Assembly (NCBI GenBank): GCA_964016885.1
Contig: OZ024745.1
Location: 103,106,001 to 103,170,000, forward strand
Length of the DNA: 64,000 bases
Source: Eledone cirrhosa
Lineage: Eukaryota
Direction of reading: 5' to 3'
The notes under the pieces were generated by a model. The model saw only the letters and a list, made by a program, of their open reading frames with translations, made no database searches and was not told where the DNA came from. This document shows positions 26,833 to 40,979 of this stretch, one piece after another; within the stretch, counting starts at the first letter, position 1; each line of letters opens with the position of its first letter. The translations under genes and the position numbers were made by a program.

Positions 26833-28734
26833 ACACATATATACATATATATATACACATATATACACACACTCACACACATAAAGTAATTCAAATTCAA
26901 GTATTAATGTCGTCATACAACTAACAAAGGCCAGCCTGATAAAAAATGACATTAAGTCAATGAGTGCAGGCATTTGATAGATAGATATATATATATCATA
27001 TTTGATAGGTATATATATATACACACACACAAATATATACATACTTACACATACACTTGATGTCATGGACCTGGCCATAATGACCACAAAAAGCTAAAGA
27101 TCTTACATACAAATATACACGCACTATATATGTATATATGTGTGTGTGTGTTTGCACTTGTGTGTATATGAGTAATCTAAGATTATAGCGAGCATGCCTT
27201 GATGCAAAATATTGATATTCTAAACAATAAATTTTACTTATATGAACATATATGAATTGTAGAGGATCACAAAGATGAGAGATAATTATGATAATCGATC
27301 CTCTTCCAACTAATATTTTCAACATATTGATAATAATTTCAATGTAGAAAAAGGAATTCAACATATTAACTAAAGATGTTTATATTTATTTCAAAATAGC
27401 ATTGGCTTTTTATTATTTATTTCTATAAATATTTCTGTCTGTCTTATAAAAACGTAACTGATAATGTAGATAAACAAAAAGATTGTCCAAAATCAGCAAT
27501 TCCTAAATGGTGCACTGCGTGCTATGAGTTGTTGCTAGGTAAATCATGGAAATAAGAAATTATATTTGAAAAATGTAAAAATACAAACTGAAATTCTAAA
27601 TATAAAGTTTTAAAAACTCGGCTTTATTTATTGAATAAATAATAAGTACTTAATTTTCTGTAGTTTAAATAATTTATATTTATAGCTAAAATATATAGGT
27701 ACCTTTTTTTTTAATACATTTATTGACTTTATGCACAAAATGTGCCAAAATATTTTTATCTGCTCTAAAGTGTGCCACATGAAAAAGAAAAGCTGGTAAA
27801 AATTAGTGATGCGCAATCATTTTCCAGAAGGTGGTTCACAAAATTAATTGGCCACCAAATATATATTTGCTTTTAGTTGCATTATGCAACACAGTTGGAC
27901 ACAAAATTTGCAGTGGACCACCAAAACTTTAATATGGACTATTGGTGGTCCACTTGGACCGTGTTGTGCATCACAGGTCTAAACTCTGGCTAAAAAGGAT
28001 GATATTTGGAGAGTTTGTGCTAAATAGACTGTAACAAGTATTGTTTATATATGTGTTGACATATCATTGAAACAAAATTGTTTAAAACAGTGACTTTTTT
28101 TTTCAACCATGGTCTTTCACCATCCTAAAGAGTTGCAAATTTTCTGCAATAATTTCCAATATTTGAATCTTGAAATGCAATTTCTTGCTACTGTTTCCAC
28201 TTATTTAGATTTTAACGATTACCACACAAAAATATAAAGCCAAATAAAGTTCCAACTTAAACTAAAAGAAGCAGAGGGAAATAATAATAGATAGTTGAAA
28301 ATTACTGGTATACAAAGATGTCCTAACAGTGCTGTCTACATTACCTTGAATTTCTTTCTAGAACAGTAGACAATTCTAAGACATTATTTTCTCAGTGACT
28401 GACATAAAGAGCTCAACATTTTACTGGAATTAGTGAATTATTTAAAAGGTAAATCAATGTCATTGAAAACAAATCTATATTATACAATGCACTAACCCCA
28501 CACGTATGCACACACACATACACAAACATTGAGTCAAGTACGTAAAAAATTATTGATTTATTTAAATGTTTATTTATAGCTATATATCAAATAGTATTTT
28601 ATCTATATTTTAATAGTCTATATAGATACACACACACAGACAAATATATATACATTTATATACATTCATGGCAGCATCCTAGCATAGCCACAGCTAGATG
28701 GCTGAAACCAGTATAAGAATGTGTGTATGTACAT

Positions 28735-28780
<46 letters not shown>

Positions 28781-29189
28781 ACAATCATCATCATCATTAT
28801 CACCATTTAATATCCACTTTTCTTGTTGCTAGCCAGAGTTAGATGGGTCGTCACAGACCAAATCAGTACTTAATCAATGCTCTCAGAAGAGCTGGAGGCT
28901 CACAAATTGCTTACATGCATTCTCGCACTCTATCAAGTGTATTGGTTACATTTTATCATGGCACCAGCACTAAGGAGGCTGTCATGTCTTTGACACAGTT
29001 GAATAATCTTCCTGGTCTTTTGTTTGGCAAGTTTTTTATGGTTGGATGCCATTCCTATCACCAACCATTTTGCAGAATGTACTAGATACATTTATTGTGT
29101 TGATCACCAATACTATAGAGTTTGACTGGAGGGTCTTCTCTACTTTATGTGGGGGTGGAAGTAGGGGTTGTACATATACATGTGAGTGT

Positions 29190-29530
29190 GGGTTGTCCTG
29201 TTGTGGGCAGTGTCTGGTCGGCTGACCATGCCTTGCTCATACAGGAACTGATTTGGCTTGCTTTCTACAGCTGGATGCCCTTCCTAACACCAACCTCATT
29301 TACAGTGAGTGCTGGGTGCTTTTTTGTAGCGCCTACACGTCCACTTTACAGTGTGGGCTGGGTGCTTTTTTGCCGTGGCACCTCCACGACCACCTTGCAG
29401 TGGAAGGGTGTGGGGCATATTGTCTATATGCTTCAGCTTGTACCCATGGGAGGTCGGGTACTCTGTATTACTGCGTGACGCCAGAGGTCACGGTCGTGTG
29501 TCATCGCCTTTGAGAGGTGTAATTGGGTAA
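29190..29530 (-). mobile_element. RTE subfamily B 3' fragment
   Basis: Close match to 16381-16720. Confidence 0.9.
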
Positions 29531-29907
29531 TTATATATATATATATATATGTATATATATAAAGGGTAGGATATTTAGACACAGAAAATAACTTTCAGAT
29601 ATGAGCTGACTGTTGTCAGTCATTATTTAGCTCACGGGTTAGAGCAGTGAGCTGGTATCTGAAAGATATGAAGTTCAATTCTTTGCAGTAACCACTGGCA
29701 ACTTTTGTTACATATATATAAGGGGTCTTTACCAACTGTATTTACAATATTTTTTTTAAATCCGAGTTTCCTACATTTTCTATGAGCCTCATAACCACTT
29801 AATATATATATGTGTGTGTGTGTAAAAGAGTGCTATACATATATACCTATATATATACATATATCAATGATATTAATAAATGGAAACTATATTTATAAAA
29901 CCATATT

Positions 29908-29968
29908 TATTCTATTATATATATTTCAAGGGTACCAAAATTTTGGTACGCTCTCATCAGATAAAATA
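29908..29968 (-). ncRNA. Minimal type-I hammerhead ribozyme (mirror copy)
   Basis: Exact reverse complement of 30097-30157. Confidence 0.75.
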
Positions 29969-30096
29969 CAGATCTTGTTTTATAAATATTGACATATCCA
30001 GGAATGAGACTTTAATGGTTCAAGTTTTACCTGGATAAAACTTGAACCGTTAAGGTCTCATTCCTGGATATGTCAATATTTATAAAACAAGCTCTG

Positions 30097-30157
30097 TATT
30101 TTATCTGATGAGAGCGTACCAAAATTTTGGTACCCTTGAAATATATATAATAGAATA
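30097..30157 (+). ncRNA. Minimal type-I hammerhead ribozyme
   Basis: TATTTTAT CTGATGA GAGcGTACCAAAATTTTGGTACcCTT GAAA TATATA TA|ATAGAATA. Intact core, 8-bp stem I, long stem II, palindromic stem III; predicted cleavage after 30149. Confidence 0.8.
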
Positions 30158-30290
30158 AATATGGTTTTATAAATATAGTTTCCATTTATTAATATCATTG
30201 ATATTATACTCCAGAAAACTTGTCGAGTGCTTCGAATCTGTTATAAATATATATATTTGTTGAATTACCAACAAATTAAATATCCCTTTG

Positions 30291-30328
<38 letters not shown>

Positions 30329-32344
30329 ATGGGGTAAACAAATGGTGAAAAAGGAATATTGTCAATGAAACATGGGCTTAGAAACTTGTTACATGCTCAT
30401 GATAAAGTAATCATGTTCTGGGTAAGGTATATTCCATGTAGTAGACTTCACATTTGGTATAACTTCCCTTCTATGTATAAGTTAGAGGTATTAAAGAAGG
30501 GTGATATGAAACAATATAAATATAAACCACCTTTTCTTAGAATGCCTATGAATATCTGAATTTAATAAAAAATATTCCCAGATCCTAAATAGAAGAAAGT
30601 AAAAAAAAAATTACATTAACATTAAAGAAAAACATTTCCCACAAATACATGCACACTAAAACATACATGCTATACATGCACTTGTTACTATATGTATTTA
30701 TATATACATAAAGGAAAATGAATTTATAACTCATCCAATATTCAAACCCCACAAAAAAAACCATCATGATTTCTTTTCTCCTTGCCTCGATCTCCTTATT
30801 TTTAATGATTGTAATAAAAATATATATCTCTTGATAAAAAAGAGAATGCATGTTATATCAATGTGTATTAAATTGCTTATTTTGTTTTTGTTTTTGTTTT
30901 ATTTTACACATTCAAATGTAGATTGTTATTTACATGTTTGATCATTTCCACAAATACTTCCATGCAGTTTTGTGCATGAGTCAACATATTTTTGTACATT
31001 TGTTCCAATAGAGTGTGTTTGTGTCTTGCTAGGACGGCTTCTTTTTTTATTTTAATCAAAAAATGTGTACAAAATTGTCTGACCAAACAAAACGATTTAT
31101 ATACAAATACATATGTATTATGCTTACATATATATTTTTCTTTTACACATGTATATGTCAATCTTCAAATATATGTATGACTATATTCCAGTACATATAT
31201 TTTCTCCATCAGTGACAGAACAAAAATACTCCTTTCATATCCCATTGCATATGTAATATATTGCAAATTCAATTATGTTCAGTTTTATAAATAGATCCTT
31301 AATTTAATAAAAAATAATCAAAAATAAATTTAGTTGAATTAAAAATCTAGTATTTGTTCTTCCCACTTAGAGGCTCTTTTGATATTTCTTTTTAGATTCA
31401 GCATTAGGAAATAATATGTTTTCCTACATGAATAGATATTAGGTCAAAGGAAAAAAAGAGAGGATGAAATATTTTGGTTTCCTGATTTTCTAATTTCACT
31501 TTGGCATTAAAATGCCATACAAAAAATAAAACAAAGAATTATTTTCTTTTTTATAATTAAATTACATTCAAGAGATCAAAGGATAACTCATCTTATAAAA
31601 GTTAAAAATCCTGAGTCTAATACCTAACCTGAAACTAAAATGTTATACATTTGTCATATTTCTCAGATTATATCTTATATGTGTATACATGTATGACATA
31701 TGAGTTTGACATAGTATATTTTTGACATGATCCAAATGCTTGCAATCAGAAAAAAATGTTTTTTAATATTCCAAATAGTTTTACAAGTGTTACTCAAATT
31801 TCCAATTTCTAAAAGATGTAAGAGTGCCAGTGTGTATATGTACACATGGTGCATATGTATAAATGTGTTTGTGTGTGTGTGCACACACATGCAGATAATA
31901 TGTATGTTAGCATGTAAAACATGTATACACACATTTAAAAATACATTATTAAATTATAGAATAAACAGACCAAAATGTCATGAGGGAATAAATGGAAATA
32001 AAATGTAGTATAATGGGGGAAAATATATTACGAGATAACATTTTATAGATAAACTGTTGGATTAGTGAACACATATTCAACTTAATATAATAAAATAAAG
32101 CAACAAAGTGAGTATGACAGATTTAAGAATGTATATGAAATAAAATATATTGAATAATGTAATGTGTAAAAAAATATATAAATGATACCAGAGTTGTATG
32201 TATGAATGCAGAAAAGAAGAAAAAAGGGTATATGCACCTGTGACTCACTAATACACGAGAACAAAGAAAAAAAATCAGGATTGTAGATTGATAAAAGCAT
32301 TCATCCTTGCATCGATTATTTATATTATTATTTGTTCTAGCTTT

Positions 32345-32670
32345 TTACATTCTGAGTTCAAATCCTGCCAAGGTCAACTTTGTCTTTCATCTTTCTGGGG
32401 TCAATAGAATAAAATAACAGTCATGTATTAGGGCTGATGTAATCAACTTGCCCTACTATCCACAATTGCTGCCCTTGTGTCTAAATTAGAAACCATTCTT
32501 ATTATTTGTTCTGGTTCTTTATATTTTAAGTTAAAATTCCACTGGAGTCAACTTTGTCTTTCATCCTTCCAGTGTTGATAAAATAAAGTACCCATCATGT
32601 ACTTGGGTTGATTTAATTGACGTCCCCTTCTCAAATTGTTGACCTTGTGCTCAAATTAGAAAGCGTTATT
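32345..32670 (+). mobile_element. Two tandem 5'-truncated family A SINEs
   Basis: Two CAACTTTGTCTTTCATC...AAATTAGAAA bodies. Confidence 0.8.
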
Positions 32671-33584
32671 GTTCATGCTGATATTTAGCCTCAGGTCAAC
32701 TATGATCAAGCACACCTACAATCAAAGACCTGCCAGCTATGATCATTTTGCCTTTTTAAATAGTGTATCTAGGACTTATCAACCCCCTGTGAAGATCTAC
32801 AATGTTATGGCCACTGTTCTAGTTGTTGAGTTCAGTACTTCACTTGTATATATTATATTGTCATGGAACATAGCTAACAGGCTAGGATTTGAACTCACAG
32901 TTTAAATATGGTAGCAAATAAAATACCTTAAGATACTTTCTCCACTACCATTTCAGATTAATTAATAAATATCAAATCTAATTCCCTTCTTATTCTCTCT
33001 CTCTCATACACAGACATACACACACACACACATGCAGACAAACACACATACATACATAGGAAAAATATGTAAAACATTCTAAAAATTCTGCATGTAATAA
33101 CTGCATGTACACATGTACAGACACAAAACATATGCACATGCACACATATAATTCAAAACATCCACATCCACACATATAATAACAGCCATACCTGCACATA
33201 CATGCATGCATGCAGACATATCTAGCTAGTTGATGTTGTCTAAATTCCAATAAAGGAGTCTTGTGTCTATGTTAGAAACCGACTCTCTCTCTCTCTCTAT
33301 TGGTAAAAATATATAAAATTATAAAACCAGAAATACATACATACATATTTATGGCAGAACCATTTATTGAAACCAAATTACAGATTGTCAGATTTGAAGT
33401 AGGCAACTACATAAAGAATTATGAGAATTGAAATATATATAATCAGTCCTTTGAGTTTAGATATATTTATGATTATGTTTATTTCAAATATATTTAGATA
33501 TATTTATTATTACCCATGTTTCAGTATATTTACAGATACATATGTTTCATATACGATATGGTTTCATACTACAGTCAGTAGGCA

Positions 33585-33919
33585 CCTCTAACAAAATACA
33601 CCCCATCCACACCACCCCTTTCAATGTAAAGTTATGTTGGTACCACAACATCCAGCCTGAAACAAATGAGGTCGTGTAGGTGTCACGACAAAAAACACAC
33701 AGTCCACGTTGTAATGTGGCCGTGTAGGTAACACGGTAAAAACCTCCCAGCCCCACACTGTAAATGTGGTTGGTGTTAGGAAGGGCATCCAGCCGTAGAA
33801 AACCCGCCAGACAGTCCTATGCAAGCAAGACAACCACTCTTGCCTCAAGTGGGAAAACTCCCGTCCAAACTCATGCAAGCATGGAATATGGACGTTAAAC
33901 GATGATGATGATGATGATG
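33585..33919 (+). mobile_element. RTE subfamily A 3' UTR fragment
   Basis: Reverse complement match to 17583-17900; (GAT)n tail. Confidence 0.9.
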
Positions 33920-33955
33920 CTTATTATCACGCATGTTTAGGTAAATATATGAGTA

Positions 33956-34346
33956 CATCATCATCACCGTTTTACGTACGTTCTTCCACGCTAGCATGGG
34001 TTAGACGGGTTGTCCTGTTGTGGGCAGTGTCCGGTCGGCTGACCTTGTCTTGCTCTTACGGGAACTGATTCTGGCTTGATTTTCTACAGCTGGATGCCTT
34101 TCCTAACACCAACCTCATTTACAGTGAGTGCTGGGTGCTTTTTTTTCCGTGGAACCTCCACAACCACTTTGCAGTGGAATCATAGGAACCCCAGTCCTAT
34201 CATCTCATTTCTACAGTTGAGTAAACTGGAGCAATGTGAAATAAAGTGTCTTGCTCAAGGAAACAACACATCACCCGCTCCGAGAATTGAACTCGCAACC
34301 TTTCGATTGCAAGCCCAATGCTCTAACCACTAAGCCATGCGCCTTC
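33956..34346 (-). mobile_element. CORE SINE carrying the RTE subfamily B 3' end
   Basis: Family B head and core; the tail matches 16330-16515. Confidence 0.9.
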
Positions 34347-34439
34347 ATATACATATTATTTACAGATGTTTAGGTGAACATATAATGACATATATTTATT
34401 ATTTACACATATTTAGTTATGTTTGATATTACACAGGTT

Positions 34440-34720
34440 TAGATTGCAAGCTGGAATGGTTCTTCCAGCGCATCTCCCTCGCCATCCACCGAGGAAATAC
34501 CTTCTCTATTCTGTCAGCCAGGGCCACAGGGCAGCCAGTCTGCTGGGACCTTGGAGCAACCAGCGCATGGGCCCCCACTTGCTCATAATAGTGAGAGCTG
34601 GAAAGAGTGGAAGAGATGGAGGCAGTGACAATAGGAGTTTGGTTCCTTTGTGTTCGGACCTGGTGTATATGTATATACCACACCGCACACACATTCATCA
34701 GTACACCAACTATAAAATAC
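34440..34720 (+). mobile_element. 3' remnant of CRE-like RLE non-LTR element
   Basis: Translates LEWFFQRISLAIHRGNTFSILS, the FQRLS.A..RGNA motif of CRE-type C-termini. Confidence 0.65.
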
Positions 34721-36417
34721 ATAAGTTACCTTTATTGTTTCTTATTCAACTGCTTTTTCATTGTAGTATCATACTTCTTACATATAGTTACATATGTTTA
34801 CTTTTACAAATGTTTAAATAAATATATGATTGCATATGTTTATGGCATGGGTCTATGCATATTTATGATTACAAATGTTGAGAAATATTGATGAATACAT
34901 ATATTACACTAACCAAACAATATTTATTATATGTAATATGCAATATTATTATAGACTTTATTTGAAAATAGATGAAAGACCTAAATAATTTGATATGTCT
35001 GTCATTTAGATTTTAGGTGATATTTATTTATTTTTTGTTTTGTTTTCTTAATTGACAAATCTAGGGGAAATGTGTTCAGCATAGAACAGCATAGAACAAC
35101 AAACAAATATGCAACTAATAGAAAGACAGATAGATAGATAGATAGAGAGAGAGAGACATAGCTAATGGTTGCCTCAGGAACTGGCTTGCACACTTAGACA
35201 AAATGATTCTATAATCTTATTTTCAACAATAATGATTTATAGAGTGGAGTGGAGTGGAGTGGTGGTGGTGGTGGTGGTGGGAAATGTTTTCAATTGAATT
35301 TAATCCAGTATATTGTATCAACTACTGACAAATGAAGTTCAACTCTTGTGATTTTTTTTTAGTAAAAATATGATGTTGATGATGAGCGTGAATTACTTAT
35401 TATGCATTAGGCTGTTATAGAAACATAGGAGGGGGGGATAAGAAAGGAAAGAGGGAAAGAGAAAATCAAGCAAAATAATTTGAATAAAAAATTAACCATT
35501 TCTTTTTGTTATCTAAATTTGTGTATCAGAAAAATGTCTCTAAATGGGCATGAAAATAAAAATTTGGAGATAATTAGTAATATAACTAGCTTCTTATGAA
35601 ACTGATGGAATGTTTTTAGATAAATATAATCACTTTAAAACGAGCAGTTTTGCATCAAAAGGGTTTATAATTGTTTCTACTTTTGGCACAAGGCCAGCAA
35701 TTATCCCAGTGCACTACTGGTACTTTATAAAGGGTTAATAATGATGATAATAACAACAATATAGATGTGGATGATATTCTAAAGTGATATAGCTTTCAGA
35801 AGCAATGATTGAACAAAGTGTTTTAGCCTGGAATATAAGAGAGTTTGTACAGTTGAAGGAAAGATAAGTGCTAGAAGAAACAAGAGAGAAATAAAGTGGA
35901 GTGAAATTATATGAAATATGACACTGTAAATGTGGTTGGTGTTAGGAAGGGCATCCAGCCATAGAAAACCTGCCAGATAGTCCTATATGAGCGAGACAGT
36001 CACCCGATCAATCTTGCTTCAAGTGGGACAATTCCCGTCTAACCTAAGCTAGCGTTGAAGATAGAGGTTAAATGATGATGATGATGATGATGATGACAAT
36101 CCTGGCAGTATTTTATACCCTGACATATAACTTGGATAATCTATTTCTTTACTTTGGAAGTGGCAGTAATTAAATTTCTGGTGTGAGAAAATACAGGTAG
36201 ATAAAGCTTGTACAGTATTTCCCTTATAGTTCAACAAATTTCATAGTCGTTTCTTTTTTTGATAATTTTTTTTATTGTACAAGAATACTTAAAAGGTAAC
36301 AGCTGAAACATTTTAAGTCTTTCATGGCCATTTTGTCTTTTCTTTTCTCTCTCTCTCTCTTCATAAATATACACAACTGAATATGAAATTTTATATCTTA
36401 TTATCATTATATTTGAA

Positions 36418-36657
36418 CCCTTTTATTACCACATTTCTAATGACACACACTACTTTAATTAATTGATGAAGAATTTAGAAAGATTTACTAAAATTATTAA
36501 TTATTTTATTACTAACATAGTATTTGCAATATAACTTGGTAAAAGGTTTTTGCGTAAAATTCTGTTGGAAGGTTTTAATTTAATAGGAATCCTTTAAAAT
36601 ATGTGGTTTTGTTTCATAGGATTAGAGTTGGTTTTGGTTGGGTTGATATCAAAATGG
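36418..36657. mobile_element. piggyBac-type MITE (degenerate)
   Basis: TGAA|CCCTTTTATTACC...GATATCAAAATGG|TTAA; a related end lies near 36990. Confidence 0.55.
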
Positions 36658-37573
36658 TTAAAGAAATGAAAGAAATACTGTTATAAGAAAATACTTTCTC
36701 ATATCACTATTTTATAACTTTTGATTTTTGTTATAAATGTTTTTTTTAATAAGATACATTGCTTATGTGTTTCAATTAATTTTGAAAACTAAGCAAGAAT
36801 TTGAAAGAGTTTAGGAAAATAAGGAACGTTTTTTGTTTCATTAAGTTGGTGTATGAAACATAACTTAACAGTTTCTGATATATAATTATTATGATAGAAA
36901 ATTTTAATTGAAATATGAACAATTTAAAACAAGAAGGTTTGTATCTTAGAAACAGAGGCAGCCTCAAATGGGTTGGTATCAAAAGGATTAAGTAAGCCTA
37001 ACTTAACTTTATCTAAATATCTACAATCCAGTAAAATCATTAATCCATGACAACTTACAGATGTGATTTATTCTGTAGTCGATTTGTAGCTAATATGCTT
37101 TTCATGGGAGTGGAGGATTATAACGTATGTTGTTCTCTCTTTTTGTCTTTTTTTAATAAAAAATTTCTGAAGTATGATGTTTTGTGATCATATTAATAAA
37201 TTTGTTAAGATAAATTATTTATTATTATTACTGATGGATATTTTTTTCTTGTTGAACTATTATCCGCCTATGTTCAGCTTTATAGTAAATCCCTAAATTA
37301 AAAACAAAATTAATATTCTCTTATCATCAGATACCATGTGCACATGCTCAGGCTTGGACTGAATTCTCAAAACTTGATTAGATGCAAGTTTCCATTGTAG
37401 ACAAATCCTCATCAATATTATGGTATTTAGGACCAGGAAGTTAACTGCAAAACTGTGTACACACAAAAGGAAAAACTACTTTGTAATATTGCCAAATGAA
37501 TTAATTACCTATATACGTGTATATATTTGTGTGGATGTGTGTACATTTTCTGCATTTCTACCTTCCCATACCA

Positions 37574-37574
<1 letters not shown>

Positions 37575-37607
<33 letters not shown>

Positions 37608-37755
37608 TGTATATATATATATGTATATATATGTGTGTATATGTGTATATATGTATATATATATGTGTATATATAGGTATATATATATGTGTGTATATGT
37701 ATATATAGGTATATATATATGTGTGTATATGTATATATGTGTATATATATATTTG

Positions 37756-37786
<31 letters not shown>

Positions 37787-37885
37787 ATATATATGTATGT
37801 ATATATATATATATGTATGTATATATATATATATATGTGTATATATATATGTACGTATATATATGTGTGTATATATATATACATA
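37575..37885. repeat. (TA)n/(TATG)n compound microsatellite
   Basis: Seen directly. Confidence 0.95.
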
Positions 37886-40112
37886 TTCATTATACTACAA
37901 ATGCATATATAGCAGTTTAAACCACTGCATATCCGAATGCATATATGTATGTAAATCTATTTTGTTTAAAAGTCAAAGTTGTCAATGAGAAAAAGATGTT
38001 GATTTAATCTATCTATTTATTTATTATTTTCCATACTACTTTTTTTATTGAAGCAATGTCATCTGAAAGAGTGAATGCCATGATGCCAAACAATTGTCCA
38101 AATGTATATGTAAAACAAATATTAAAATGTCATTCTGACCAATGTCAAGACTTGAAAAAAAAATTAAAAATTGATAAATAAATAATTGTAATGGTTATCA
38201 TTGTTAAGTTATTATTTAATGAATTAAACACTTACATGATAAATCACATTTTAGAAAGAAGGAAGAAAAACCAGCTGAAGGAAGGAAAATGCATTTGAGT
38301 GAGAAATGGAAGAAAATAATTTTCTCTTAATGCTGCCATCATTCTGACAGCTATACAGAAATGGTAAAGGATTTTTAAAATATTTTTTTAAAAATCCATG
38401 TCTTTTGAGCCCCATTAAATGACATATCCAAAATTGACTTTATGTTGTTTTTTTATTTCTATTCTTTAAATTCAATTTTATTATATTTTTATTTTTATTT
38501 TGCTTACTTATTTTTTATTATTTTTAGCTTGAGATGTTTTTGTTGCTAATTCTGGTGTTTGTGGATGAGGAAAGATGATAGTCAATTCTGATTGGATTTT
38601 TGTATTTTCTCTCCTGGAAAATTACTCCAAGAATCCACAAAACATGTGTGCTTATATATATTTATGTGTGTATGTGTGTGAGAGAGTAAAAGATGTTTGA
38701 GTGTTAACAGACTCGGTTGTGTTTGTGTCAATGTAAAAATGTGTGAAAGAGAAAGAGAGAACATGCATGTTTGTGTGTTTAAAAGCTTTATGTGTTTAGA
38801 TTATATGTTAATGTTTGTGCGTGAATAGGTTTATAAATATTAAAGCAAGCACAAATTTGTATATGTTGATATACTTTTTGTACTGCATGAGTTCAGTTCC
38901 TAGTTATGCCATTTCCTTGTAAATACTATTCATATTTGAGCCATTTTTTATGGGAGCATCTACATGGTTCCACGGCCTGCTAGAAATTGCAGCCAAATCT
39001 TATTCAAATCACATTTTACTATCCAAAAACATAGAAGAAAGAACACATTGGTTAATATAAGCATAGATAAACCATCCCTGAAAAATGAAATAGTATTTTC
39101 AGTGTCGTTGACACAACAAAAAAAGCGTCAAGTCCACCCTGTAAAGTGGTTATGTTAGTGACATGGCAAAAAGTGGTCAGTCCATCTTGTAACATGGTCG
39201 CTTTGGTGCCACAATAAAAAGCACCCAGTACACACTTTAAATGTAGTTGCCATTGGGATGGGCATCTAGCCATAGAAACCAAGCCAGAAACAGTTTTGTA
39301 TGAGCAAGACATGGTTAACTGAGTGACTCATCTTACTATAGGACAACTAGTCTAACCCATGTGAGTGTGGAAACATGGATGTTAAATGGTGATGATGTTG
39401 ATCATGAACATCTTTGACCTTGTTTTATGGATCAAGCTTTACCTGTAGATAAGCAACACAAAACTACCATCAACTCCACCACAAGCAGGACTACCACATA
39501 GAAGATTCTACATGGTTGCTCAACCTGTTAAATATGGTTACCAAATATCCTTCAAATCACACCTTATGGCCTTTAAAAAGGAAGAGCACATTGAATAATA
39601 TAGTTCTAGATAGACCAAGCCTAAAAAGTATGAAATGTTGATCTCATTTGAAATGTTTTTGCTCTTAAGTACGAGGAATCAAGGTTGACCTGGGTCCAAA
39701 GTAACAACATCAACAATATAAAAGGTCGTTAATCTACAGGCCAGCCTAGGTCAAGTAAATCTGACCAAATGTGTTCAAACCATGATAATTCTATTTTTGT
39801 TTCAAGTATTTGTAAATCATTATATTGGAAAATGCAAACATGTCTTTTTTTTATATAATTCTTTACCAAGAGAAAAGAGTGAATGACCTGAATCGACACA
39901 ATATATCACTCAACAAAGCATCCCTGCCCCCTCCTCTCCTATATATATCATCATCAAAGTTTTATGCTTCCATAATGGATAAAAACCATCTTGTTTCTTA
40001 GACAGGCAGGAGAATAATGAATGAGAGATAGATAAAGAGAGGGAAGGAGGGAGAGAGAGATACAGCATAGTGTTTATCATCAGAATAGGAATATAGAGGA
40101 ATATATATATAT

Positions 40113-40152
<40 letters not shown>

Positions 40153-40153
<1 letters not shown>

Positions 40154-40979
40154 ACGATAAATTAACGGAGCCATGGGCCCTCGCCATTCCCTGTAAATAA
40201 TGTGCTCAAAGGAGAAGAAATCCTGAGCTCTTTAAAATACAATATGTTGAAAAGGTAACACACCAGAGAGAGATATACAGTGTGCTATCAATAAAACAGG
40301 GAAAAAAAACACCAGTGTATGGAATCTATAACCTATGAAAGGCAGACTATAGACACGATAATTAAAAATATAAATTAAAGCGTAAATAAATACCTCTATA
40401 ACTATATAACACACGAGATGTTTCGCCAGTAATTTGTTGACAGAAATGGAATAACCCCGGTTCATCAGTGTGTGTAAGGCTATACATTTCAGACAACACT
40501 AAGAGAATTTTAAAAGTGACTGTCCAGCTACACGTGGGAGAGAGAAGTCACAGCGTGTTTAAGGGCAGTGAACCAGTGGCCTCTGAGGGACGAGCTGCTA
40601 GAAAGGGCAGCCCAAAACCACTCAGAGAAGTGTGCTCAACCAAACAATAAGGAGCGAAATATCACGATAAATTAACGGAGCCATAGGCCCTCGCCATTCC
40701 CTGGAAATAATGTGCTCAAAGGAGAAGAAATCCTGAGCTCTTTAAAATACAATATGTTGAAAAGGTAACACACCAGAGAGAGATATACAGTGTGCTATCA
40801 ATAAAACAGGGAAAAAACCACCAATGTATGGAATCTATAACCTATGAAAGGCAGACTATAGACACGTGTCTATAGTCTGCCTTTCATAGGTTATAGATTC
40901 CATACACTGGTGGTTTTTTCCCTGTTTTATTGATAGCACACTGTATATCTCTCTCTCTGGTGTGTTACCTTTTCAACAT

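Larger units (their letters stand above)
29861..30293 (+). mobile_element. Fold-back insert H1 (PLE pLTR/retrozyme-like), 169-bp arms
   Basis: Arms 29861-30029/30036-30204 with 3 mismatches and a 6-nt loop; unique 3' extension to 30293; TA-rich flanks. Confidence 0.85.
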
